Notes under the pieces: model-generated
The model's input: the letters and a program-made list of their open reading frames with translations, nothing else
Database searches by the model: none
What the model was told of the DNA's origin: nothing
Assembly: GCA_963701075.1 (NCBI GenBank)
Contig: OY969559.1
Span: 1,248,001 to 1,312,000 of the forward strand
From: an uncultured Nitrososphaerota archaeon
GTDB lineage: Archaea > Thermoproteota > Nitrososphaeria > Nitrososphaerales > Nitrosopumilaceae
Reading direction: 5' to 3'
DNA: 64,000 bases
Shown: in pieces, positions 38,349 through 48,268 of the stretch
How positions within the stretch are numbered: position 1 is the first letter of the stretch
Layout: the number at the start of each line of letters is the position of its first letter
Program-made: the position numbers and the translations under genes

Positions 38349-38892
38349 AGATCTTAAGCCTTGATTGTTTCTTGTTTGACAAGAAACTGATTAGGTCATT
38401 GATTATGTTAGCAAAGGTGAACTTGTCGTCATCTATGGAGTAAACCTTGGCGTCTGCTGAAATGGGTTTGTCTGTGACAATCCATATGTTTTCAGATTTT
38501 GGCTGGATCTTCTTTAGTTTATCCACCTGCTCCTTTATTGTTTGCATTTGGTCAGTCTTTGAAAAGCAAATGATGACAACGTCCTCTGGTGAAGAGGAAA
38601 GAGTTCTAGCATCCGGCACTACAACGTCAATATCTGTGGTACCAAGTGTTGTCTTGCGCTGACTTGGAATGAGGGCAACTGTTAACATGTAATGAGTGAG
38701 TCCTTCTGCTAAAGCACCACGAGTTTCTGGCTTGTTGCCTCCTACCTTATCAAGATTGGGCATACAATGGCTAAAAATTGTACTTATGGCATCTGAGCTT
38801 TCACCCTGCGCTATAGCTGAAAGTATTCTTTTCTCTTGATAGTCAGAGATGGCCTGATAAAGTATGTCTTTGATCTCCAATACATGTTTCAA
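38338..38892 (-). CDS. Hypothetical protein
   Basis: 184-aa ORF; IPSQRK...IDVVVPD is weakly PD-(D/E)xK-like. Confidence 0.6.
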   Translation of the reverse strand: MKHVLEIKDILYQAISDYQEKRILSAIAQGESSDAISTIFSHCMPNLDKVGGNKPETRGALAEGLTHYMLTVALIPSQRKTTLGTTDIDVVVPDARTLSSSPEDVVIICFSKTDQMQTIKEQVDKLKKIQPKSENIWIVTDKPISADAKVYSIDDDKFTFANIINDLISFLSNKKQSRLKIFRI

Positions 38893-38994
38893 ATGCCACG
38901 ATGATAATTAAAAGATAATCAATAAACCCAAAACATGAAAATCAAACACTGCTTTAAATTGGTAAATATATTGATCAATCTAGATTAAGAACGA

Positions 38995-39477
38995 ATGATA
39001 CGAATCGAAGCAGAACTTCCAAGAGATGACCTGATGGGAGTTAGTGACGCGCTTAGGATAATTGATGTCTCTGTTAACATAACCAAGGTAAAGGGCAGGG
39101 GAAAAGGTGTAGGTTCTAAGGTTCATGCCGCAAAAGGCACAGAAATGCACAGATCAGAATTTCAGGACAAGTATATCGTACAAGTGACTACACCTGATAG
39201 TATGGAAAATGACGTAATTGAAATAATACAATCAAACTCAAAAACTGGCAAGATAACGATTTTTCCAGTATCTAGGGTAATAGATATTGGCTCTGGTGTG
39301 GAAAATGAGCAGGCACTTGCACTTAATGAATATGATAGTGTGATATTGGCTGCGGCAAAGAACCAAAACACATCGTTTCCATTTGGAGTTGCTGCAGAAA
39401 AGGTCAAGTTCTCCCCGCCTCATACCGAGGGAGAAAGGGATACTATGACGTCATTGAAAAGAAATTTGTTCCTTTGA
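38995..39477 (+). CDS. PII-family (GlnB/GlnK-like) protein with about 50-aa C-terminal extension
   Basis: MIRIEA, VKGRGK T-loop base, TGKI.I.PV..VIDI.SG..N..AL. Confidence 0.82.
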   Translation: MIRIEAELPRDDLMGVSDALRIIDVSVNITKVKGRGKGVGSKVHAAKGTEMHRSEFQDKYIVQVTTPDSMENDVIEIIQSNSKTGKITIFPVSRVIDIGSGVENEQALALNEYDSVILAAAKNQNTSFPFGVAAEKVKFSPPHTEGERDTMTSLKRNLFL

Positions 39478-40250
39478 ACGTGTTAGAGTCTGTAATTTAT
39501 CACGTCAAACCAGTTGAAAGATTCCAAATTCTCTCTGCTGATGATCAGGTGGTAATAGAAAGTATGACTAGGGTGAAAAGAAATTTCTCTTTGTATAAAA
39601 TGAAGATGTCTGATTCATACTCGCAGGCCTTTCTGAAATATGTAGCAAGTAGATTTTTGAGTCTTTGGCCCGAACAAGAGATCAATGCTACGATTCTTTA
39701 TGTGGATATAGTTGGTTCAACCAAACTTGCGACACTGCTAAGCTCAGAAGAACTTTCTGGAGTAATCAAAGTGTTCTCAGAGGAAATGTCAGTCATAGTG
39801 TCAAAGCATGCAGGCTTTGTGCTAAAATATGCAGGTGACGCAGTGATTGCTTTTTTTCCAGAACTTCGAGACTTTGGAAACATGGCAGAAAATGCTGTAA
39901 GGTGTGCAAATTCCATGAATATGCTCATAAAACATTCCATCAATCCAATCTTTACCAGTCTTGGCCTTCCTACCATAAGTGTACGAATAGGGATAGATAC
40001 TGGCAAAAACCGAATCGTCTTTCTTGGCTCTGACCCTGATCTGATTGGACACAGCATTACAATTGTTTCAAAAATATTGCCTCTTGCTCAACCAAACCAA
40101 ATTACGGTGGGAGATACCGCATACAAGATATTGTCTTCTGATATGGCAGAACAATTTACAAAAATCAATCCTGATGATAAAAGGTGGAACTATACTCATC
40201 CTGGAACGGGAGAGATTTATCCAATCTACTTTTCAAGACATTTGTTGTAG
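39474..40250 (+). CDS. Class III adenylate/guanylate cyclase domain protein
   Basis: ILYVDIVGSTKL, KYAGDAVIA, VRIGIDTG, DLIG. Confidence 0.88.
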   Translation: MNVLESVIYHVKPVERFQILSADDQVVIESMTRVKRNFSLYKMKMSDSYSQAFLKYVASRFLSLWPEQEINATILYVDIVGSTKLATLLSSEELSGVIKVFSEEMSVIVSKHAGFVLKYAGDAVIAFFPELRDFGNMAENAVRCANSMNMLIKHSINPIFTSLGLPTISVRIGIDTGKNRIVFLGSDPDLIGHSITIVSKILPLAQPNQITVGDTAYKILSSDMAEQFTKINPDDKRWNYTHPGTGEIYPIYFSRHLL

Positions 40251-40291
40251 GTACCAAACCTCAAGGCATTGATTGAAAAGCAAAATATTTT

Positions 40292-40864
40292 TTATCTCTT
40301 GAATTTTTTGTCAGTAAATCTTGTCAGCCCTAACCTTTTGAGCTCTTCTGATTCTCTTACGACTGACTTGTGTTGGTCCTCTTTGTACTGTTTCAATTTT
40401 TTTTGCAGGTCTGAAAACTCATTTGCTAGTATCTTGACTGCATAAAGGCCTGCATTTGCAGCCTTGTTTACTCCAACTGTTACAACAGGCGAGCCAGTGG
40501 GCATCTCTGATATTGACAGTAACGAATCCAGTCCTCCAAAGGCAGAAAACTTGAAACGGTCTGATTGACCCTTGTCGTTGTAAACCATTATTGGTACCCC
40601 TATTACCGGTATTATGGTATGTGATGCGATCATTCCTGGCAAATGTGCCGAACCTCCGGCTCCTGCAATTATTATTTTGAATCCCTCTTTTTCTGCATGT
40701 TTTGCATAATCTGATAACCTTGTAGGAGTTCTGTGAGCTGATACAATCTGGTCCTCATGCTTGATTCCAAACTCATCTAGAATTGTTGCTGCTGAGTGCA
40801 TTACTTTGCTGTCAGAGCTTGATCCCATGATAATTCCAACAAGAGGCTTTTTTGAATAAGTCAT
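40292..40864 (-). CDS. purE: N5-CAIR mutase
   Basis: VGIIMGSSSD, VSAHRTP, IAGAGGSAHLPG, MPTG.PV.TV. Confidence 0.96.
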   Translation of the reverse strand: MTYSKKPLVGIIMGSSSDSKVMHSAATILDEFGIKHEDQIVSAHRTPTRLSDYAKHAEKEGFKIIIAGAGGSAHLPGMIASHTIIPVIGVPIMVYNDKGQSDRFKFSAFGGLDSLLSISEMPTGSPVVTVGVNKAANAGLYAVKILANEFSDLQKKLKQYKEDQHKSVVRESEELKRLGLTRFTDKKFKR

Positions 40865-40992
40865 AAGATCCTGGAACACTGATTTTTAATAAACTCAGCT
40901 ATTTGTTTTACGATGTGCAAGAACAAAATTTGTTTTAAGAGGCTAGGATTCAAACTTTTAAATTATATGCAAGAAGATTTTCATCATTCTTT

Positions 40993-41556
40993 ATGCAGAA
41001 TTCACCCCTTGAAGTGAGACGAGCGTTTGGGCTCCTGTTTGTAGGAGTTGCGATATCTGTCGGCTCTGCTTCCATTATAAGCGAGATTGCATTTGAACAC
41101 CACGATCCAATTTACTATTATGTCATAATCTGGCTTGGCAGCTTTGCAGTAACATTTGGGGCCATTTTTGGCAAGTTCAGACACGTACTTCCATCTGTGA
41201 GGGGAAGGATGAAAAATAGTGTAAAGTGGCCAGGTCCGGTAAAGGCAATAAACGGACTTTGCTGGGCGACACCATTTGCAATGATAGGTGTTTTTCCACC
41301 GCTGTATCAATATCTCATTTTACTTGGGATAGGACTAGGCAATGCATCAACATATGTGTTCATGAAAAAATTCAGCGGCCTTGCAAACCACGAGCAGATA
41401 ATAGTGGCTGCCATCTCACTTGTAGCAATCCCGATTGCTGTTTTTATAGACACATCATTTGTATCAAACCAAACTGTTGCAGTAATAGTATCTAGACTTA
41501 TGATAGCGGCAGCATATGGCGCAGGAGGAATCTATGCTCTTGTTGCTAAAAAGTAA
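40993..41556 (+). CDS. Multi-pass membrane protein, unknown function
   Basis: About 6 hydrophobic helices. Confidence 0.7.
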   Translation: MQNSPLEVRRAFGLLFVGVAISVGSASIISEIAFEHHDPIYYYVIIWLGSFAVTFGAIFGKFRHVLPSVRGRMKNSVKWPGPVKAINGLCWATPFAMIGVFPPLYQYLILLGIGLGNASTYVFMKKFSGLANHEQIIVAAISLVAIPIAVFIDTSFVSNQTVAVIVSRLMIAAAYGAGGIYALVAKK

Positions 41557-41558
41557 AC

Positions 41559-42710
41559 TCAGTCCAATGGCTCAAACTTGATAGAGTTTTTTGCAGCCTC
41601 TGCACTGTTGATGAGTGTGTCTATATTTTTTGTATCATCAATATCTACCACATTGATGTGACCAAGCTTGCGTTGTGGCTTTGCTTCGTCTTTGTTGTAC
41701 ATTTTCAAGTAAATTCCTTTTTTATTCTCTAATGTTATGGGCTTGTATCTGCCTGAAAAATTTTTTGGCCCCAGTATGTTGCGCATCACTGTATAATGCC
41801 TGAGTCTTGTACTTCCTAGTGGAAGACCAAGAATGGCTCTAAGATGCTGTTCAAATTGTGAAGTATCACTTGATTGTAATGTGTGGTGTCCTGAATTGTG
41901 TACTCGTGGTGCTATCTCATTAATTAGGACCTGATTGTCATGTGTTACAAACATCTCTATGCCAAAAACTCCTGCCCCGTGTAACACTTCCATGGTTTTC
42001 TTGGCAATCTCTTCTGCATCTTTTGCTACTTTGGGCTCTACTCTGGCAGGGGCAATTGTCATTTCAAGTATGTTTTCTTTGTGGATGTTTTCTACAACAG
42101 GATATGTGGCAATTTCTCCGTTGGTGTTTCTTGCAGCAATTACGGAGACCTCCATCTTAAAATCCACCCACTTTTCAATCATCATCTGTCTGCCTTCGAA
42201 AGATTTGTACGCAGATTCAGTCTGGCCCTCATTTTCGATTTTAAAATTGCCTCTGCCGTCATAGGCATCACGCCTTGTTTTTAGCAGTACTGGATACCCA
42301 AATGACAAAACTTTTCTCTTAAGATCAGAAATTGATTCTATTGGAAAAAATTCAGGCACTGATATGTTGTTATCCTTAAGAAAGGTTTTCTGTGTAAATT
42401 TGTCTTGTATGATTCTAAGAGTTGTAGGTGACGGGTTTACTGATATTGATGCCTTTAATGATTCCAAAACTTGACTATTCCCAGACTCTATTTCATATGT
42501 GATGATATCCGACTGGAGCGATAGTTCCACTATGGCGCTTTTGTCCTTGAAATCTGCAATGATCTGCCTGGCGCCTGCTCTTGCTGCAGGGCAATTATCT
42601 GTAGGATCTAGTACTATGACATCTGATATGTGCTCTGGCATCTTCTTTGCAGCCTCTGTTAGCATCATGCCAAGCTGACCACCGCCTATTATCCCAAGAA
42701 CTCTTGACAT
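41559..42710 (-). CDS. purK: N5-CAIR synthetase
   Basis: LGIIGGGQLG.M, YDGRG, NEIAPRVHNSGH, SQFEQHLRA, RKLGH. Confidence 0.96.
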   Translation of the reverse strand: MSRVLGIIGGGQLGMMLTEAAKKMPEHISDVIVLDPTDNCPAARAGARQIIADFKDKSAIVELSLQSDIITYEIESGNSQVLESLKASISVNPSPTTLRIIQDKFTQKTFLKDNNISVPEFFPIESISDLKRKVLSFGYPVLLKTRRDAYDGRGNFKIENEGQTESAYKSFEGRQMMIEKWVDFKMEVSVIAARNTNGEIATYPVVENIHKENILEMTIAPARVEPKVAKDAEEIAKKTMEVLHGAGVFGIEMFVTHDNQVLINEIAPRVHNSGHHTLQSSDTSQFEQHLRAILGLPLGSTRLRHYTVMRNILGPKNFSGRYKPITLENKKGIYLKMYNKDEAKPQRKLGHINVVDIDDTKNIDTLINSAEAAKNSIKFEPLD

Positions 42711-42886
42711 TATGCAGATTCATCGGTGGTTTTAAAAATAGTTACCTCTTGGATTTGTGGCTGTTTCTCTTCAGGATATAAGATCTGGATGAAACTTGTT
42801 ATTTTGTTTGTTTAAAACTGACAACCTCACTAATATTAGAAATACGCAGAAAATAGGTGTAAACATGTTGGATATAGGTAAGATAG

Positions 42887-43285
42887 CTGAAGAAAGGATG
42901 TACTGCCCTTGTAGTTGACGATGATCAAGATACTGTAAACCTTTTTGCAGAATTTTTAGAAATCTGTGATGTCAAAGTACTAGGTAAAGCTTTTGATGGA
43001 AACCAAGCCGTAGAATTGTATCAGAAAATTTTTCCAGATCTCGTGTTCTCCGATGTCATGATGCCAGGCTATGACGGTTTTTATGTACTAAAAAAAATAC
43101 GCCAAATTAATCCACATGCAATAATGGTGATGATAACAGGTGACGTCAGACCTGAAACAATAGACAAGCTGCAAGAATTAAAATCTGATGCCATAGTATA
43201 CAAACCATTTGACATGAAACAGGTGATAGATACTGTAAATGGACTACTTGCAAGATCAGTTTATCAGACACAAGTCAGTCGCTGA
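42887..43285 (+). CDS. Single-domain response regulator; frame extends upstream of the listed TTG to a CTG at 42887
   Basis: Manual extension LKKGCTALVVDDDQD...; FSDVMMP, MITG, KPF. Confidence 0.85.
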   Translation: MKKGCTALVVDDDQDTVNLFAEFLEICDVKVLGKAFDGNQAVELYQKIFPDLVFSDVMMPGYDGFYVLKKIRQINPHAIMVMITGDVRPETIDKLQELKSDAIVYKPFDMKQVIDTVNGLLARSVYQTQVSR

Positions 43286-43340
43286 TATTTTTTATAATTT
43301 TTAATTTATCTTGTTTTTTATTTGGTCTAAACATTTTGCT

Positions 43341-44846
43341 TTAGAATAATTTCACAAAGAGTATCAAATGTGGAGCAGTGTTTGATATGTTCAGTATGTG
43401 GTTTTCTAGGAATTTTGATAACGCCATGGTTGTTCCATACATTGTTACTCCACCTAGTGCAGTAAGCAAGGCTATGTTGAACCAGACAGTTTTGAAGAGT
43501 CCTCCCTGTGCTACCTTTATTGCCAGTGCATTGATGGCAGAAGTGACAATTATGACAATTGGCATCATCATTGCCATGAAATTAGGATCAATCGGACTTA
43601 GTGTTAAGGCGTTGTTTGAAATCTGAGTGCCTGAAATCATGGTATGAAATATTTCAATTAACTTATTCATCAAACCAAAGATTGCCATAGTTAGAGCATG
43701 AAGTACTAAAACAATGGTCTCAAATGTCCTTGAAGTCTGTCTTCTTTTTGCCCTAAGCTCATTTAGTTTTAATGATATCTCAGAGACTTTGCTTCCTACA
43801 TCATTCATGTTTGCGCCTTTTAGTATGGAGTTTGACATTATCGTATTTCCTGACACTATGATGGCAGTGCCGGCATCTTTTGAGAATAAATCAAATCCTG
43901 TTTCTGGCTTGATTCTGTTCTTTATGCGATTCTTGAAAGCAATTATCTGTGTTTGGAGTGGACCAAAATTACTTCTCAAGACCGCATCAAGTGCCTGTCC
44001 CATTGATCCTACCATCATGTATATCTCACCAAAATGCCTGATAAATGAAGGATACCAATCATCAAGAGCTTTCAACTCTGTTTCCATTTTTTTAGCAAAA
44101 AATCCTGGAATAAATAATGGGGCAGTAGCTATGACAGTCACCAAGGGGAGTGGAACAACATTGGTAATAGCTAGCACCGTGCCAAGAGAAACCCCTATGC
44201 CTATTGCCATGTAAAGAAACATTCTAAATTTCTGGGCCTTTGCATTGTATCCTAGAGATATTCTGTCCTTTGGAAATATGACATACATGATCACGATAAA
44301 TGACCCCATGCTTACAATCACACCGATAAACGAAATCATAAATATGGATGAAGAGTCTGCGCTGCCCATGAGCATGGTCATGATGGAGTTGCCTGATATC
44401 ATAAAGACAGCTGTAGATGAAATGGTGTAAAACATTTCAAGGAAGAGCTTCTGTGATTCTAAATTTCGTTCATATCTTACTGTATAACTGTGCAGAGCTG
44501 CTCCCATCTCTTCTGTAAAAAATATTCGTAATTCATCTCCCAATCGTATAACTTGAGCCAGTTTTACTAGTAGTTGTTTTAGCGGATCTGAATTATCTGA
44601 AAACTTCATTGCAATCATCTCACAAGATCTTGAAAGACCATAGCCCCACCCGACTCCTAATCTGAATATTTCTTTGAATGTGTCAGAATACTTTCCATAG
44701 CCCGAAGATTGTGCAGTTTTTATCAGATCGATTGAACCTACTTCTCCTGTAGAGAGTGCATAAAGAAATGCCATAAAGTAAACAAATTCATCGTCTGCCC
44801 TCTTAAGATCAGCGAGTTTTTCTTTTATGGATAATTTCTGCATCAT
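43341..44846 (-). CDS. flaJ: Archaellum membrane platform protein ArlJ/FlaJ
   Basis: Polytopic, two GspF-like domains, FGPL motif; last gene of the cluster. Confidence 0.88.
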   Translation of the reverse strand: MMQKLSIKEKLADLKRADDEFVYFMAFLYALSTGEVGSIDLIKTAQSSGYGKYSDTFKEIFRLGVGWGYGLSRSCEMIAMKFSDNSDPLKQLLVKLAQVIRLGDELRIFFTEEMGAALHSYTVRYERNLESQKLFLEMFYTISSTAVFMISGNSIMTMLMGSADSSSIFMISFIGVIVSMGSFIVIMYVIFPKDRISLGYNAKAQKFRMFLYMAIGIGVSLGTVLAITNVVPLPLVTVIATAPLFIPGFFAKKMETELKALDDWYPSFIRHFGEIYMMVGSMGQALDAVLRSNFGPLQTQIIAFKNRIKNRIKPETGFDLFSKDAGTAIIVSGNTIMSNSILKGANMNDVGSKVSEISLKLNELRAKRRQTSRTFETIVLVLHALTMAIFGLMNKLIEIFHTMISGTQISNNALTLSPIDPNFMAMMMPIVIIVTSAINALAIKVAQGGLFKTVWFNIALLTALGGVTMYGTTMALSKFLENHILNISNTAPHLILFVKLF

Positions 44847-46529
44847 AGCATGTTAAGCTCCTTCATGAATGCATCTAGACCGATTTCTCTGCAACGTGAT
44901 ATGGAATCATAAACATCATAGAAATTGAAGATCTTTTTTTCTACCATTTTATCCAAGATCTTGGCTCGTAGTGCTAACTCTTCATATAGCAATGCCTCAT
45001 CCTTTCTTGACATGCCTCTTTTTTCCAAAACCTTTGAGATGAATAGTGCACTGCTTCCCTTTCCTCTGAACTTTACCTCATCTGAACCCGGATCCCAGTT
45101 GAATGCGGGTATGAACATTACATTATTTCCTTCTGGATTGTATCCCAAAATTTCATTGATTGATAATACCCTTCTTACTCTCTTTCCGTCGGGGCCTGAG
45201 ACTGCAGCCTGGAATAGTGCAATATTTAGGTTCTCAACGTTTGTCTTGGGTATGTTCATGGGAGGATTGGTAATTCTTTGTATCAATGCAGTCATGTTGG
45301 CTGCGTGAAATGTACTGACAACTGGGTGGCCTGTCTGCATGGCTTGAAACGCAATGTTAACTTCTGCTCCTCTGATTTCTCCTACAAATATGTAATTTGG
45401 TCTCTGTCTTAATGCAGCCTTTAGCAGATCAAACATGGTGACACTTGAGTTTTGATTTCCAGTATCACGTGTTACCTCGCTTATCCAGTTGGAATGAGGC
45501 AAGGTAAGCTCTGGTGTATCTTCGATGCTTACTATCTTCCAGTTTGATGGAATAAAAGTCTGTCAATGCCATCATAGTGGTAGTCTTACCTGATGCTGTC
45601 TCTCCATTGATAAACACACTCATGCCTTCTGCCATCATAATCCACAAATATGCCGCCTCGATTGAGTTGAGAGTTTTACTTGGGAGTATTTGCGTTATTG
45701 ATAGAGGCGTACTTGCAAATCTTCTAATAGTTGCATTAGTTCCCTTTCTGCTTACATCTTTGCCAAATACAATGTTGATTCTAGAGCCTTCTGGAAGTGT
45801 TGCATCTATCACAGGCTTTGCATGAGATACAGTCTTTCCAAATTGCTCTGACATGCTAACTATGAGATCATCTATCTCTTCAACACTGAGAAATACCGGA
45901 CACTTGAGTGCTCCAAACATCTTGTGAATTACATACATGTTTCCAGCCCCTACCACTGAAATGTCTTCAAGATGTGGGTCTGTAAGGAATGGGTCAAACA
46001 ATCCCATGCCTGCTCTTTTTCTTAGAAAATGATATTTTAAATTGGTTACATCTTTCTCATAGACTGACAAATTTTTTAATTTCATTATATTGATTTTGGA
46101 GTAATCTATGGGGCTGTTAGCAATTGATATGGTTTTGTCAAGATACTGGTCTATCATGTTGAACCTCTCTGTTAGTTCTATAGGAGGGTTCATAGTTCCT
46201 GCATGTAATGCAAATAACTTGTCAGCGTTGTCCATCAAGGTCCTGTCGGGCTCATCGGGTTCAATTATGGCATATTCCACATAACCATCGGATGAGTTTG
46301 AGTGTGGATTGATGTGTATGTATGTGGTTTCAGATATAGGATAAATCAAGTTGGGTTCTTTGAGTTTTTTATGTTCTCCTTCCAACTTTTCAGTATAAAT
46401 TGGAATGGGGTTTCCTCTTGCAATGTACGTTTCAAGATAATTAGACAAGTGTGGTGATTTCTTCAAAGCTTCGACAAATTTTTTATCCTTTACTAATGAT
46501 GTATCAAACCCCAAGGCAAATCTCTCCAT
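44843..46529 (-). CDS. flaI: Archaellum ATPase ArlI/FlaI, split by a 1-bp insertion near 45559
   Basis: Walker A GETASGKTT; removing one base restores ALTAFIPSNWKIVSIEDTPEL; ALRQRPNYIFVGEIRG, MQTGH. Confidence 0.92.
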
Positions 46530-46555
46530 TTTTTGTGTTTTGCATTTTGGTACTC

Positions 46556-47257
46556 CTATGCGTTTGCCGTGGATATCGGCACTATCTTTATTCCAAAGTT
46601 AGTATCAACCTCAAATGCAAAAGACGACTCTGCTTGAGAGGAAGACCCTATCAGCTTTATTATCTTCATAACCTTAACGGATTTGCCGCCAATACTTGAA
46701 GTACTAAGGGAAAAGTAGACATCACATGCTGATTTTATTCTCATCGCCACATCTTCTGGAATTGATGTTACATGCATGGTAAGTATGATGGACATTCCAG
46801 TCGAAACAAGATACTTGCATCTTGTAAGGAAATCAAGAATTCGATCTGTATCAGAATACATTGTTAAAAGAGAAATAGAATCAATTACTACTACATCGCA
46901 TTTCTTTGCATTGTTGCTAATGTATCTTCCAATCACAGGTAACAGAAATGAAGACTGACGCTCCGACCACATGGCACCATATACATGCAATGGCAACACT
47001 GAAAGCTTATTTTGCAAAAATGGTTTAGTAAAATTAAATGTAATTGTCTTCATCTTTTCAATGTAATCCTTTACCGTATTTTCAGTAATGCAAAGAACTT
47101 TCATGTCAGACTCTAGTATTCCCTTAATGATCTGGGCTGCAAGCGCGCTCTTTCCTGTTCCATGATCTCCTTCTATTAGCATGAGACATGGAGTTGGTAT
47201 GCCGCCTGCTAACTGCCTGTCCACTTCTTCATTTCCTGTTGGTATGGTCTTTATCAT
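46556..47257 (-). CDS. flaH: ArlH/FlaH KaiC-like ATP-binding protein
   Basis: TGNEE.DRQLAGGIP, IEGDHGTGKS, IDS, GIKIVP.S.A end. Confidence 0.93.
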   Translation of the reverse strand: MIKTIPTGNEEVDRQLAGGIPTPCLMLIEGDHGTGKSALAAQIIKGILESDMKVLCITENTVKDYIEKMKTITFNFTKPFLQNKLSVLPLHVYGAMWSERQSSFLLPVIGRYISNNAKKCDVVVIDSISLLTMYSDTDRILDFLTRCKYLVSTGMSIILTMHVTSIPEDVAMRIKSACDVYFSLSTSSIGGKSVKVMKIIKLIGSSSQAESSFAFEVDTNFGIKIVPISTANA

Positions 47258-47778
47258 GAAATCCTCGCCGAATCTGAAGTTGTAACGCCATTATCTGTCC
47301 CAAACTCAACTGTAAAGTTGCCGCCACTTTCTGTCTGATATGCAGGTTGTGCATTTACGGTAGCTATTTCTCCAGGATCAAGCAGCCCAGGATGGACATA
47401 ATCATTTTGAATATGTGAAATACACCATTGATCTGATGCAAGTCCCGAACAACTATTTGCATATTTTAGAGTCTCAGTTAATATTGGATTATTTGCGGCA
47501 TTTTCTTGATATGTAATAATCACGTCAAAGTTATTATAATTCCATAATAATGTATTTCCTGTATTGGCTACCTGAAAAGTAGCTGGACTATTACCATTTT
47601 GATCCTGCAAGTTTGAAATATTGATGTTTGTTTGCATCCTTGCAAACTGATTGTTTGCCATCTGAGACTCTGATGCACTTATCTTTGTAGTGTCATCTAT
47701 AATTGCAGGAAAAGACATCATTGCATATACTATGGAAAAAGTTACAATACCGCCTGAAATTGCTATGCTTAATCCCAT
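47254..47778 (-). CDS. flaF: ArlF/FlaF
   Basis: MGLSIAISGGI N-terminal TM, V.NTG, LDPGE, TDNG; GGAGGAGG upstream. Confidence 0.8.
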   Translation of the reverse strand: MGLSIAISGGIVTFSIVYAMMSFPAIIDDTTKISASESQMANNQFARMQTNINISNLQDQNGNSPATFQVANTGNTLLWNYNNFDVIITYQENAANNPILTETLKYANSCSGLASDQWCISHIQNDYVHPGLLDPGEIATVNAQPAYQTESGGNFTVEFGTDNGVTTSDSARIS

Positions 47779-47794
47779 TTCGCCTCCTCCCCTG

Positions 47795-48268
47795 CTAGCA
47801 GAATCTTGTGAATTGCTGATCACTTACTCCATTTGGTGTAGTTACCTGTAGGTCATATGTAGAACCGCATTGGATTGTAGGAAGGTTGGTCATGTTTATC
47901 TGCAGGGTGTCTGACTGATTCCAGGTGGCTACTGGACTTGAAAATGCCCAAGACAATCCAGATGGCGGATAGGCATATGGTATTTTCTGCATTTGATTAA
48001 TTTGACCAAAATATACGTCTGTATTTTGAGGGTTCAAAATAGGATAGGAGCCAATATTTTTCACCCAGGCATTTATGCTATTTGCTGAGGAGTTTGTAGT
48101 ATAGATTATCTTGATACTTGTCAGAATAGCCTGCTTCTGGCTCTCTGTTTCTTGTGTAAATGTAGATTGAAATGTACCAACTTTAGTCATCACAATTCCT
48201 GCAAGTCCAGCTGCTACTATTACTGAGGCTATTATTAGTATGGCTTCTGTGAAAACCGCTGATGCCAT
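47795..48268 (-). CDS. flaG: ArlG/FlaG
   Basis: MAS...EAIL.IASVIVAA, WVKNIGS, TPNGV. Confidence 0.85.
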   Translation of the reverse strand: MASAVFTEAILIIASVIVAAGLAGIVMTKVGTFQSTFTQETESQKQAILTSIKIIYTTNSSANSINAWVKNIGSYPILNPQNTDVYFGQINQMQKIPYAYPPSGLSWAFSSPVATWNQSDTLQINMTNLPTIQCGSTYDLQVTTPNGVSDQQFTRFC

